From Candidatus Sumerlaeia bacterium (lineage in GTDB: Bacteria > Sumerlaeota > Sumerlaeia > SLMS01 > JANRJK01): DNA of 64,000 bases. The position numbers and the translations under genes were made by a program. Positions within the stretch are counted from its first letter, which is position 1. Each line of letters begins with the position of its first letter. A model generated the notes under the pieces. It did no database searches. It was given only the letters and a program-made list of their open reading frames with translations, and was not told the DNA's origin. The DNA is taken from NCBI GenBank assembly GCA_033764015.1, contig JANRJK010000013.1:160001-224000 (forward strand), given 5' to 3'. This document shows, piece by piece, positions 17,705 to 27,163 of the stretch.

Positions 17705-19951
17705 ATGGCAACGGTTCGACTCCGCCCGCGTGGGGCCCAGGGAACTCGACTCCGGAACGGGCTGGCGTGGGTGCTAGCGGCCGCGCTGACGGCGCCGGCG
17801 CTGGTTCCCGCGCAGGACTCCGGGCAGCCCGCCGCGCAAGCCGCCGCCGCGCCCCGCTTCGACGTCGCCTTCGTCGACGCGAAGGTCGAGCAGGTGATCG
17901 CCTCGATCAACGACTCGCAGCCCATCCGCGTCTCCCTCTTCGGCCGGACCACCGGCGAGCGCGTCACGGTACTCCAGGAACAGACGACCCTCGAGGAGGC
18001 GCTCGCCACGGTGACGCGCCAGAAAGGGTGGATCTACTGGCGCCTCGACGACGGCGGCTACGGCGTCGCCGACCGCGCGTACTTCGAGCAGGAGATCCTC
18101 CCGCGCCGCTTCGTCCAAAAGGTCTTCCAGCCGCGCAATCTCAAGGCGTCCGAACTCCAGAAGGCCGTCCAGGACCTGCTCACCTCCGGCGCCGCCAACG
18201 GCACCGCGGTCGCCGACGACCGCACCAACAAGCTGATCGTCAACGACATGCCGGTCGTGATGGAGCGCATCGAGCGGCTGCTTCGCGAGATCGACGTGCA
18301 GCTCATCACCCGCGTCTTCCGCATCCGCCACGCCGACGTCGACGACGTCGCCTCGAAGATCGAGAACTACAAGTCCGGCCCGGGCACCATCGACGTCGAC
18401 ACCAAGACCCGCCAGATCATCGTCACGGACCTCCTCGCCAACGTCAAAAAGATGGAACTCCTCATCGACATCGTCGATGTCGGGCCGGAAATCGTCATCT
18501 ACGACGTGAACAACATCGGCATCGACGGCGGCGACCTCGAGAGCCTCCAGAACATCATCGACTCGATCCGCACCGAGGACCTGCTGTTCGAGGTGAACGC
18601 CAAGCAGGGCGTCTTCGTCCTCGAGGACGTCCCCAGCGTCCACGAGAAGGTGGAGCAGATCCTTGAAAGCTTCGACCGGCCCGTGAAGCAGGTTCAGATC
18701 CAAGGCGAAATCGTGCAGACGGAGCTGGTCCGCACGTTCGGCCTCGGAATCGACCGCTTCATCTACTCGGACGACCTGACCTCCGCGATCGCGGACGGCT
18801 CCGTCACCGGGATCCCGGGCGTTTCCAGCGACGACCTCGCCGCCGACAACCTCGGGTTCCAGAACCTCGACGACACCTTCCCGATCTTCGACCTCACCGG
18901 ATCGACCGTCTCGGGCTCCTACCTGAACAGCAACATCTTCCTGCAGGCGAGCGCGGTGTTCTCCGACGCCTCCACGAACATCCTCCTGCAGCCGAACCTG
19001 CTGGTGAAGAACCAGGAGTCCTCGCGCATCCAGGTCGGCGCCGAAACGCCCTTCCTCACCACCTTTTTCAACGACAACAACACGGGCGGCTCGACGCGGT
19101 CGACCAGCCAGCAGCGCATCACGGACGGCCTCCAGTTCGAGATCACCCCGTCGATCGCGAACAGCTTCCTCATCGAACTCGAAATCACCATCGACAACGA
19201 CAAGGCGTTCAACGCGGGCGAGAACGAAGGCATCACGCTGATCGGCAAGACGCGCCAGAACATCGAGACGATCCTGCAGATCCCCAGCGGCCAGACGCGG
19301 GCGATCGGCGGCCTGATCACAACGGACCAGAGCGAAACGCACACGGGACTGCCGTTCATCTCGAAGCTTCCGGTCGTCGGCCCGCTCTTCGGCAAGCGCA
19401 CCAACAACGAAACACGCAAGAACCTGATGCTCTTCATCACGCCCACGATCGTCGAGGACACGCTCCCCCTCGCGACCGGGACGAACGGACGGCGCGGCCG
19501 CCTGATCAGCGAGTACCAGCGCGTCCCGCTCCCCGAGAACGTCTCGCCGGAAACGCAGCAGCGGCTCGACGAAGCGCTCGAACGCCTCGGCACCGGCGAC
19601 GGGGGCTCGGCGATGCTCTCGGGCGACCCGGACGAGGAGATGCGCATGCTGCAGGTGATGCGCCAGCAGTACGATTCGGAGTCCGGCCCCGCCGACCTCT
19701 TCGACGGGTCCAACTACACCCCGACGCAGGGCAAGGGCGCCTCCTCTGCGATCAACACGGAGTCCGTCCCGGTGAACACCGGAATCCCCGGCGACGCCCA
19801 GCAGGGCGGCCAGTCCGCCCAGCCCGGCCAGCGCGGCGGCCCGCCGCAGGGTCGCGGGCGCGGACGCGGCGTCGAGCGCCAACCCGGCAACAACGTGCCG
19901 CCCCAGGCTACGCCGATCCCCGCCACGCCGCAGCGCGAGACGCGCTACTGA
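17705..19951 (+). CDS. Secretin (GspD/PilQ-like outer-membrane channel) with N-domains
   Basis: Signal peptide; repeated N3 domains (ADDRTNKLIV, DTKTRQIIVTD, FDRPVKQVQIQGEIV); secretin core GQTRAIGGLI, GLPFISKLPVVGPLF, NLMLFITPTIV. Confidence 0.92.
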   Translation: MATVRLRPRGAQGTRLRNGLAWVLAAALTAPALVPAQDSGQPAAQAAAAPRFDVAFVDAKVEQVIASINDSQPIRVSLFGRTTGERVTVLQEQTTLEEALATVTRQKGWIYWRLDDGGYGVADRAYFEQEILPRRFVQKVFQPRNLKASELQKAVQDLLTSGAANGTAVADDRTNKLIVNDMPVVMERIERLLREIDVQLITRVFRIRHADVDDVASKIENYKSGPGTIDVDTKTRQIIVTDLLANVKKMELLIDIVDVGPEIVIYDVNNIGIDGGDLESLQNIIDSIRTEDLLFEVNAKQGVFVLEDVPSVHEKVEQILESFDRPVKQVQIQGEIVQTELVRTFGLGIDRFIYSDDLTSAIADGSVTGIPGVSSDDLAADNLGFQNLDDTFPIFDLTGSTVSGSYLNSNIFLQASAVFSDASTNILLQPNLLVKNQESSRIQVGAETPFLTTFFNDNNTGGSTRSTSQQRITDGLQFEITPSIANSFLIELEITIDNDKAFNAGENEGITLIGKTRQNIETILQIPSGQTRAIGGLITTDQSETHTGLPFISKLPVVGPLFGKRTNNETRKNLMLFITPTIVEDTLPLATGTNGRRGRLISEYQRVPLPENVSPETQQRLDEALERLGTGDGGSAMLSGDPDEEMRMLQVMRQQYDSESGPADLFDGSNYTPTQGKGASSAINTESVPVNTGIPGDAQQGGQSAQPGQRGGPPQGRGRGRGVERQPGNNVPPQATPIPATPQRETRY

Positions 19952-19953
19952 CC

Positions 19954-21066
19954 GTGGCCAACCCGGAGGACCCGCGGGTCCTCCACATCGACACCGAGTC
20001 CGGCTGGCGCGGCGGACAGCAGCAGGTCTTTTGGCTCACGGAGGGGCTCGCCCGCCGCGGCGTTCCGCAGCGGATCGCGTGCCCCGAAGGCTCCCCGCTC
20101 GCGGAACGCCTCGCCGATGCAGGCGTGGCGGTAGCGCGCCTCAAGCACCGGCGCGCTTGGGATCCACGCGCGGTGTTCGCGCTCCGGCGCGAGGCGGAGC
20201 AGTTCGGCGCCAGCATCGTCCACGCCCATGCGGGCAACGCGCACAGCCTCGCGGTCGCCGCCTTCCGCGGCAGGTTGCCGGTCGTGACGACCCGACGGGT
20301 CGACTTCCGCATCCAGTCCAACCTCTTCTCGCGGCGGAAGTACACGACGCCCGGCCAGACGTTCATCGCGATCTCGACCGCCATCGCACGCATCCTCGAA
20401 GAGGGCGGCGTCCCGCCGGAGCGCATCCGCCTCGTGCCGAGCGGCATCGACTCCGCCCGCGTGGCCGGCGGCGACCGCGCGAAGCTCCGCGCGGAGTTCC
20501 TCGGCGGACGCTCCGGCCCGCTCGTCGGCTACATCGGCGCCTTCGCGGACCACAAAGACCTGCCGACGCTGCTGCGGGCGGTGCCTTTCGCGGTCGCGGC
20601 GGACCTTGGCGGCCTGCGTGTCGCCTTGGTGGGTTCGGGCCCCGGGGAGCACCTGCTTCGCTCGCAGGCGGCGGCGCTGCCCCAGCCCGACCGCATCCAC
20701 TTCGCCGGCTGGCGCGAGGATGTCGCGGACTGCCTGGCGGCGTTCGACCTCTTCTGCGTGTCGAGCAAGGAGGAGGGGCTCTGCACCTCGCTCCTCGATG
20801 CGCAGGCGGCGGGCGTGCCGTGCGCCATCACGGCGGCGGGCGGGATGATCGACATCGTCCAGGACGGTGTGAACGGGCTCGTCTCCCCAGTCGGGGACGC
20901 GGCGGCGCTCGCGGCGAGCTGGGTGCGGCTTGCGGGCGATCCCGCGCTCGCCGCGCGCTGCGCCGAAGCCGGCCGCCGCGTCGTTGCGGACCGCTTCACG
21001 AAGGACGCCATGGTGGAGGGCAACCTCGCCGTGTACCGCGAGACGCTCGCCGCAGCCCGCCGTTGA
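19954..21066 (+). CDS. Glycosyltransferase family 4 (GT-B)
   Basis: HIDTESGWRGGQQQ, SSKEEGLCTSLLDAQAAG, DIVQDGVNGL. Confidence 0.92.
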   Translation: MANPEDPRVLHIDTESGWRGGQQQVFWLTEGLARRGVPQRIACPEGSPLAERLADAGVAVARLKHRRAWDPRAVFALRREAEQFGASIVHAHAGNAHSLAVAAFRGRLPVVTTRRVDFRIQSNLFSRRKYTTPGQTFIAISTAIARILEEGGVPPERIRLVPSGIDSARVAGGDRAKLRAEFLGGRSGPLVGYIGAFADHKDLPTLLRAVPFAVAADLGGLRVALVGSGPGEHLLRSQAAALPQPDRIHFAGWREDVADCLAAFDLFCVSSKEEGLCTSLLDAQAAGVPCAITAAGGMIDIVQDGVNGLVSPVGDAAALAASWVRLAGDPALAARCAEAGRRVVADRFTKDAMVEGNLAVYRETLAAARR

Positions 21067-21145
21067 CGTGCATCGCCAACGGGTGCATTCTCCCAGCACC
21101 GGACAGCTCCTCCCCCCGCGAAACCCCACGCCTGCCGGAACCTTC

Positions 21146-23953
21146 TTGAACCGACATCTCGCAGTTCTGCTCGTGGCCACCTTGGGCGCCGCCTCGCCCC
21201 TGCGTGCCATCGATCCCGCTACACTTCCGCAGGTCGGCTACCACCCGAGCGGCATCGCCTACTGGGACACGCCCTTCTTTGCGGACGCCACGATGAACTC
21301 CAGCGCCTGGATGACGTACGCGCCCAGCACCTGGGGCTCCGGGGTCCTGAGCTGGAACCAGCCGGGCTTCGACGCCAACCAGTACCCGCGGGCGATGGTC
21401 CCCGGCATGAACTACCGGATGATCCTGTACGGCCTGCACACGGATTACGGTTCGCGCCCCGCCACCTGGCCGCGGCGCGGGCAGGCGGCCACCGGCAAGG
21501 TCACGCTCACGTGGAGCGGCAACGCCGACATCCGCCTCAACGGAGGCGGCACCTTCCTCTCCGCCGAGTCCAACGGCGCCGCGACCGGCCTCCTCGACAA
21601 CGGCCGGCGCACTTACTTGTACACCGGCACCGCGCAGGTGAACTGGCTCGAGGTGCACGGCATCGACGCCGCCGACCCGATCACGGACATCGACGTGTGG
21701 CTGCCCGATCCGGCGGATCCGGCGAACACCACGCTCGAGGGTCAACTCTTCCACCCGACCTTCCTCGCGCGGCTGGCCGACGCGCCGTGGGGCTTCATCC
21801 GCTTCATGAACTGGTCGAGCACCAACGCCTCCCCGGAGCAGGACTGGTCCGACCGGCGGCTGCCGGACGCCGCGTTCATGTCCGGCACCCAGAACACCCG
21901 CCAACCATCCGCGACCGCGGGCGGCTACCGCGTCACCGGCGTGGCCTGGGAGTACTGCGTCGCGCTCTGCAACGAGGCGGACAAAGACCTCTGGCTCACG
22001 GTGCCGCACCTCGCGACGGACGACTACGTGCGCAAGCTCGCCCAGCTCGTGCGCTACGGCAGCGACGGCGTCGAGCCGTACACCTCGACGCAGGCGAGCC
22101 CCGTCTGGGCGCCGCTCGAACCGGGCCGCCGCGTCTACATCGAATACTCGAACGAGATCTGGAGCAGCGGCGGCTCGTTCCCGCAGGGCGACTGGGCGCA
22201 GCAGCAGGCGACGGCGCTGGGCATCACCAAGGGGCGCTTCAACGGGCGCCGCTTCAGCGAAGTGTTCAGCACCTTCCAGGACGTCTTCGGCGGCACCGAT
22301 GGCTTGGTGCGCGTGGCGGCGGTCTTCACCGCGAACGACTCCTACAATCAGGACTTCCTCAACGAAATGGCCGCCTACGGCCCGACGCTCTCGCCCCCCG
22401 CGGAGCCGGACGTCGTCGCCGTCACGACCTACTTCGGCAACGGAATCCAAGACTGGGCGTACCTCCGGTCGCTGGAGCAGGCCGGCACCGCGGACCAATG
22501 GTTCAACACCACCGCCACCTTCGACGCCGGCGGCGGCAACATGCGCCCGGTTCGTGTCGATCCCGCGCACGCGTACTGGAGCGGCGCCGACCTCGAGCGC
22601 CACCTGCAGGCAACCTTCGACGAGTGGGAGTACCGCATGCTCTCCGGGGACGCCCGGGAGGGCGCCGGTCCCGACGCGGTCGGCATCGGCGGCGGCTTCG
22701 GGCAAGGAATCATCGACATGGCGCGCACCTACTTCCCCACTCCGAAGCCAATCATCGCCTACGAGGGCGGGCCCTCTCTCTACACGGACGGCTACGACGG
22801 CGGCGACTCGCGGGACGACGGGCTCACCATGTTCATGGAGGCGCTCAACCGGCACCCGCGCTTCGAGACCGTCTACCGCATGCACCTCAACATGGCGAAG
22901 TCGAAGGGGCTCCGCTCCCACAGCATGTTCACCGATAGCGGGCCCTGGGGGAAGTTCGGCCAATGGGGCCACCTCGAGTACCTTTCGCAGAACCCCTCCC
23001 AAGCGCCGAAGTACCAGTTCCTGCTGGACTGGATCGGGGAGCAGGCGTCGCTCCGCCACATCGACGACGTGCTGGGCGCGGCGCCTTCCTTCGCCACGCC
23101 GCACACCCTCCCGGTGGCGGTTTACGGCACACCCTACTCGGCGGACATCGTGGTTACCGGCGGCGACGGCGCGCGCACCATCACGCCGATCGCCGGTTCG
23201 ACCCGGGGCGGGCTCGCGCTGGACGTGCTGCCTGGCGACCCGGACCGCGTTCGCATCGCGGGAACCCCCTCCGAGGGCGGACGCAGCTTCGCCTATCTCC
23301 GCGTGACCGACGCGGATGGCGACCCCGCCTGGCGCACCTTCACGGTGCGGACCGTCGGCGGAGCGGAGACAATCCTCGAAGCGAACTTCGAGGGCACGAA
23401 TCCGTCCGCGCAACTCGCGTGGACGCCGACCTACATCCTAGCGTCCGGGCTCGCCTACACGGGCGTGCAGCGCGGGGCGGGAGTCCTGACGCGGACGTCG
23501 GACAACTCCTACGCCTGGGCGCAGAACATGCCCGCCGCCGAGGTGGACTCGACGCTCGCGCTCGCCGTCGCCGACAACGAGTACCTCGCCGCCACGATCA
23601 CGCCGCCTGCCGGACACACGCTCGACCTCGCGGGCAAGGAGGTGCGCTTCACGATCCGCCGCCTCAGTTACCACGCGCCGCGCCGCTACGCCGTGATGAC
23701 AAGCGTCGCCGGATTCGCCGCCGGCGCGGAGGTGTTCACGACGGACCGGGACGGGGGCGAGGAGGACAGCGAGCACCGCTTCACCCTTCCGGACATCCCG
23801 TCGTTCGAAGCGCTCGCCAGCCCCGTTGAGTTCCGCATCTACGGATTCGCCGGGCAGTACGGCGGCCACGCGACCAGCTTGACCGAGTTGCGCGTGGATG
23901 GCGTGCTTGCACCCCTAAGCGCGGGTGTCGGCGGGGCCTGGCAGGCCTACTGA
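21146..23953 (+). CDS. Secreted putative glycoside hydrolase (clan GH-A-like TIM barrel) + Ig-like domain, with C-terminal WxxY tail
   Basis: Signal LNRHLAVLLVATLGAASPLRA; IRFMNW, LWLTVPH, VYIEYSNEIW, IIAYEGG; ends SAGVGGAWQAY*. Confidence 0.7.
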   Translation: MNRHLAVLLVATLGAASPLRAIDPATLPQVGYHPSGIAYWDTPFFADATMNSSAWMTYAPSTWGSGVLSWNQPGFDANQYPRAMVPGMNYRMILYGLHTDYGSRPATWPRRGQAATGKVTLTWSGNADIRLNGGGTFLSAESNGAATGLLDNGRRTYLYTGTAQVNWLEVHGIDAADPITDIDVWLPDPADPANTTLEGQLFHPTFLARLADAPWGFIRFMNWSSTNASPEQDWSDRRLPDAAFMSGTQNTRQPSATAGGYRVTGVAWEYCVALCNEADKDLWLTVPHLATDDYVRKLAQLVRYGSDGVEPYTSTQASPVWAPLEPGRRVYIEYSNEIWSSGGSFPQGDWAQQQATALGITKGRFNGRRFSEVFSTFQDVFGGTDGLVRVAAVFTANDSYNQDFLNEMAAYGPTLSPPAEPDVVAVTTYFGNGIQDWAYLRSLEQAGTADQWFNTTATFDAGGGNMRPVRVDPAHAYWSGADLERHLQATFDEWEYRMLSGDAREGAGPDAVGIGGGFGQGIIDMARTYFPTPKPIIAYEGGPSLYTDGYDGGDSRDDGLTMFMEALNRHPRFETVYRMHLNMAKSKGLRSHSMFTDSGPWGKFGQWGHLEYLSQNPSQAPKYQFLLDWIGEQASLRHIDDVLGAAPSFATPHTLPVAVYGTPYSADIVVTGGDGARTITPIAGSTRGGLALDVLPGDPDRVRIAGTPSEGGRSFAYLRVTDADGDPAWRTFTVRTVGGAETILEANFEGTNPSAQLAWTPTYILASGLAYTGVQRGAGVLTRTSDNSYAWAQNMPAAEVDSTLALAVADNEYLAATITPPAGHTLDLAGKEVRFTIRRLSYHAPRRYAVMTSVAGFAAGAEVFTTDRDGGEEDSEHRFTLPDIPSFEALASPVEFRIYGFAGQYGGHATSLTELRVDGVLAPLSAGVGGAWQAY

Positions 23954-23978
23954 CCGCCGCCCGGCGCAGAGGTGCGCG

Positions 23979-24701
23979 ATGGGTTGGCTCGACAAGCTAC
24001 TCGGCAACAAAGCCGCGCCCCCGATTCTCGCGGAGGCGCCGCCTACGCAGCGCCCCGTCCCCGTCGTCGTGGACCACCGCGAGCGGGCCGGCGGCATGGT
24101 CGACGCGCTTGCCGCCGCGCTCCCGGCCGCGGACCTCGAAGTGGCCCAGCTCGAGATCGGCGACGTCGTGGTGGCTGGCGTGGTCGGCGTCGAGCGCAAG
24201 CGCACCGACGACTTCTGCGCATCGCTCCGGGATGGGCGCCTCTTCGATCAGGCGGCGCGGCTGAGCCGCGCGTACCGTTCGACGGCGCTGCTGCTCGAGG
24301 GCGACTTCACCCGCGAAGCCGCCGGCGCCATGGGCGGAGCCGCGCTGCGCGGGGCGATCGTTTCGCTGGAACTCGAGTGGCGGATACCGATCCTGCGCAC
24401 GCGCGATGTCGAGGACTCCGCGCGCTACATCGTCGCCATCGCGGAACGGATGCGGGCTCGGGGGATCGCCGCGCGGCAGGACGCTCGCCCGCGGCGCGAG
24501 GCGCCCGCGCAGGCCGCCTCGCCGGTGCTCGCGGTGCTGGTCAACATTCCCGGCGTCGGGATCGCAAAGGCGGAGGCGGTCGCCGAGCGCTTCCCCACGC
24601 TCCCCGCGCTGCTCTCCGCGGATTCCTCCGCGCTGGCGGAAGTGCCCGGTATCGGGCGCGAACTGGCCGCGCGCATCGCCGCGTCGCTCGCCGCCAAATA
24701 G
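23979..24701 (+). CDS. ERCC4/XPF-family structure-specific nuclease with tandem HhH
   Basis: VVDHRE, LEIGDVVV, VERKRTDDF, DGRLFDQ, LLLEG; HhH motifs IPGVG and VPGIG. Confidence 0.9.
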   Translation: MGWLDKLLGNKAAPPILAEAPPTQRPVPVVVDHRERAGGMVDALAAALPAADLEVAQLEIGDVVVAGVVGVERKRTDDFCASLRDGRLFDQAARLSRAYRSTALLLEGDFTREAAGAMGGAALRGAIVSLELEWRIPILRTRDVEDSARYIVAIAERMRARGIAARQDARPRREAPAQAASPVLAVLVNIPGVGIAKAEAVAERFPTLPALLSADSSALAEVPGIGRELAARIAASLAAK

Positions 24702-24704
24702 AAA

Positions 24705-24732
24705 GCGGGCGGAGGCCGAAGCCCCCGCCCGC
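24705..24732 (-). terminator. Intrinsic terminator hairpin (UUCG loop on the minus strand)
   Basis: gcgggcggaggc-cgaa-gcccccgcccgc between convergent genes, with a short T run on the minus strand. Confidence 0.65.
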
Positions 24733-24757
24733 GGGAATCGCTGGATCAGGTCGCTGA

Positions 24758-26512
24758 TCAGTACGTGTAGACGCGCGTGGTGTAGCCGGTGATCGACGAG
24801 GCCTGGTTATAGCTCTGGACGCGGACGTAGTAGGTGCCCGCGAAAAGGCCCGCGTAGGTGATCTTCGAGTAGTTGCCGTTGCCCGTGTCGTCGTCGGCGC
24901 GGAGCTGCGTGCCGCTCGCGTTGTACAGGTAGATGTATGTGTCGCCGCCGGAGGGGCCGTCCGTCTCGATCGCGATGTTCGACGTCGCGGTGGTGGTGAA
25001 CTTGATGTAGTCGAGGTCGGTCGCCGGGCTGATGTTGCGGCTCTGCGTTGAGCCGTTCACGGTGATGGTCTTCGCGGTGCCGGTCGAGCCGTCTTCCTCG
25101 TAGCTGTCGCCGCCCGGGGCCGGAGTCGGCGTGGCGGTCGGCGTCGGCGTGGGTGTGGCCGTCGCGGTCGGGGAGGGCGTCGATCCGCCGGTGGCGCTCA
25201 CCGAGACCGTGTAGCCCGTGATGACGCTGCCGCCGTTGTAGCTCTGGATGCGGACGTAGTAGGTGCCCGCCGCGAGCGACTGGCTGATGCGCGAGTAGTA
25301 GTTCGTCCCGTTGTCGTCGTTCGTCGCGACCTGCGCGCCCGAGGAGTTGAGCAGGTAGATCACCGTGTCGCCGCCGGAGGGGCCGTTCGTGGTGATCGTC
25401 GTGGTCGAGGTCGAGGAGAGGGTGAACTTGACGTAGTCGTTATCGGTGGCCGGGTTGATGTTGTGCGTCTGCGCCACGCCGTTCGTCGTGATCGTCTTCG
25501 CGGCGGCGGTCGAATCGTCGGGCTCGTAGGCGTCGTTGCCCCCCGGAGTCGGGGTCGGGGTCGGCGTCGCCGTCGGCGTCGGGGTGGCCGTGGGCGAAGG
25601 AGTCGGCGTCGCGGTGGCGGTCGGGGTCGGCGTGGTCGTGCCCGAGGGAAGGATGAAGTCCTTCACGATCGCCATGTGCTGCATGTTGGTGGCGCCGGAG
25701 TCGCCGGACTGGGCCGGGGATGCGGCGGAAAGCGGAGAGAAGACGCGCGTGTCGAACACGAGGCCGTTGGCGAAGGAGGTGCTGCCGATGACCACCGAGG
25801 TCTTGATGGCGGTCAGGTCGCTATCCACCAGCACCCAGTCGTAGGGGCGGTTGCGGTTGGCGTTCGTGTTGCCGTTGCCGGCCTGGTCGACCGGGTACGG
25901 GCTGGCGGTGTTGACCACCGACGAAAGGGTCGAGGTCCAGCCTTCGCTGCGGCCGTAGGCGTTGAAGTCGCCGCCGATGGTGACGTAGTCGCCCGCGGGG
26001 ATGTTGAGCGCCGATATGCCGTTCTTGAGCTGCACGGCCTGGCTGTTGCGCGTGCCCGACGAGCTGCCCGACTTCATGTGGACGCTGAACGCCCACAGGT
26101 CCTTGCTCCCCGGCACGTCGATGCGAGCCCAGAAGTAGTCACGGTCCGCGACATACGTGTCGTCGATCTCGCCCCAGGCGATGATCGGGTAGCGGCTGAT
26201 CACACCGTTCGGGATCGACTGGCCGCCGCCTTCGCGCTTCCACGAGTAGCCGGCACCGAAAGTCGAGTTCACCCACGCCGTGACGCCGGCGTCGGAGTTG
26301 TCGCCGGGCACCTCGAACTCCTGGATCATCACGACGTCCGGGTTCAGGCCGTCGAGGATCCGGGAGCCCTCAGCCTCGTAGGCCTGGTTGCTGCCCGAGG
26401 TGATGTTGGCGGCGACGAGGCGGAGGCGCGTCTGGGCGGCCACCGTGCTGCTGGCAAAAAGGAAGGTTACCGCGACTGCGCTGACCGCGAGGAGGCGAAG
26501 GGAGCCGTTCAT
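24758..26512 (-). CDS. Secreted endonuclease/exonuclease/phosphatase-family protein with two PPC-like domains and PT linkers
   Basis: Signal peptide; PDVVMIQE, ISRYPI, SVHMK, GGDFN, PYDWVL; two repeats DxYExD...DYxKFT...GDTxIYL...AGTYYVR. Confidence 0.88.
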   Translation of the reverse strand: MNGSLRLLAVSAVAVTFLFASSTVAAQTRLRLVAANITSGSNQAYEAEGSRILDGLNPDVVMIQEFEVPGDNSDAGVTAWVNSTFGAGYSWKREGGGQSIPNGVISRYPIIAWGEIDDTYVADRDYFWARIDVPGSKDLWAFSVHMKSGSSSGTRNSQAVQLKNGISALNIPAGDYVTIGGDFNAYGRSEGWTSTLSSVVNTASPYPVDQAGNGNTNANRNRPYDWVLVDSDLTAIKTSVVIGSTSFANGLVFDTRVFSPLSAASPAQSGDSGATNMQHMAIVKDFILPSGTTTPTPTATATPTPSPTATPTPTATPTPTPTPGGNDAYEPDDSTAAAKTITTNGVAQTHNINPATDNDYVKFTLSSTSTTTITTNGPSGGDTVIYLLNSSGAQVATNDDNGTNYYSRISQSLAAGTYYVRIQSYNGGSVITGYTVSVSATGGSTPSPTATATPTPTPTATPTPAPGGDSYEEDGSTGTAKTITVNGSTQSRNISPATDLDYIKFTTTATSNIAIETDGPSGGDTYIYLYNASGTQLRADDDTGNGNYSKITYAGLFAGTYYVRVQSYNQASSITGYTTRVYTY

Positions 26513-27163
26513 CGGAGGGGTTCCGTGGCGAGGGGTGCGCTTCTGACAAAACAGTCCAGTAACCGCACGAGATGGCTTCCCGTCAAGTACCCAAAAAATC
26601 CCGAAAAAAGAAAGTTCGCGGATTCCCTTGCTTGTTCGACTTATGATCGCCCTTCCCGAAGGGCGGTGATTTTCGCCCGCATTTTCAATCGATCAACCTT
26701 GTGGAAAAATCCACGAAACGGGGTCTAACTCTTCCGCACTGGCGACCCCGTCGACCGGTTGGCAGCGCCGTCCAGCCCGATGCGCGGTTCCATGGCTGTC
26801 AACCCCGCTGCGCTCCCGCAACCAGCTTCCGATCCCGACTTCGTCTATGGTACGGAGCGCGCCGTTGCGACGGCCGTCCATTAGCTCCGGGACGGCTATT
26901 CTCATGACGGGCCTCCGAATCGTCCGCACGGGGCGATGCGACGACGATAGCGCCATGAAGGTAGCCGGCTGATCCCGGGATGCGGCGCGAGTCGCACCGT
27001 GGCGGTTTCCGGTTGCTCAGGGGCCCCCGGGTCGTAGTTTACCACAGTTCAGTTTCGCGGCGTCGGCTCAAGAAGCCGCGCGGTGCCTGCGGCGGCGACC
27101 TCGGTCCGCCGGAACATCTCCGCGCCCGCGCAGCGGGTGCGGCTTGGAAGGGGCAACGCCTTC

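Noticed and set aside
17774..19882. Many long antisense/alternate-frame ORFs (e.g. 17774-19882, 33845-36613, 40497-43724)
   Set aside because: They are shadow ORFs expected from high GC and codon bias, R/A/G/P-rich, with no domain motifs.
24758..24790. C-terminus TTRVYTY as another WxxY tail
   Set aside because: It has no Trp and no small-residue linker; it is the last strand of the PPC-like domain.
25115..25640. Tandem repeats in the nuclease gene (also 28320-28565 and 59615-59660)
   Set aside because: These are ordinary Pro/Thr linker-coding repeats, not DNA-level arrays.
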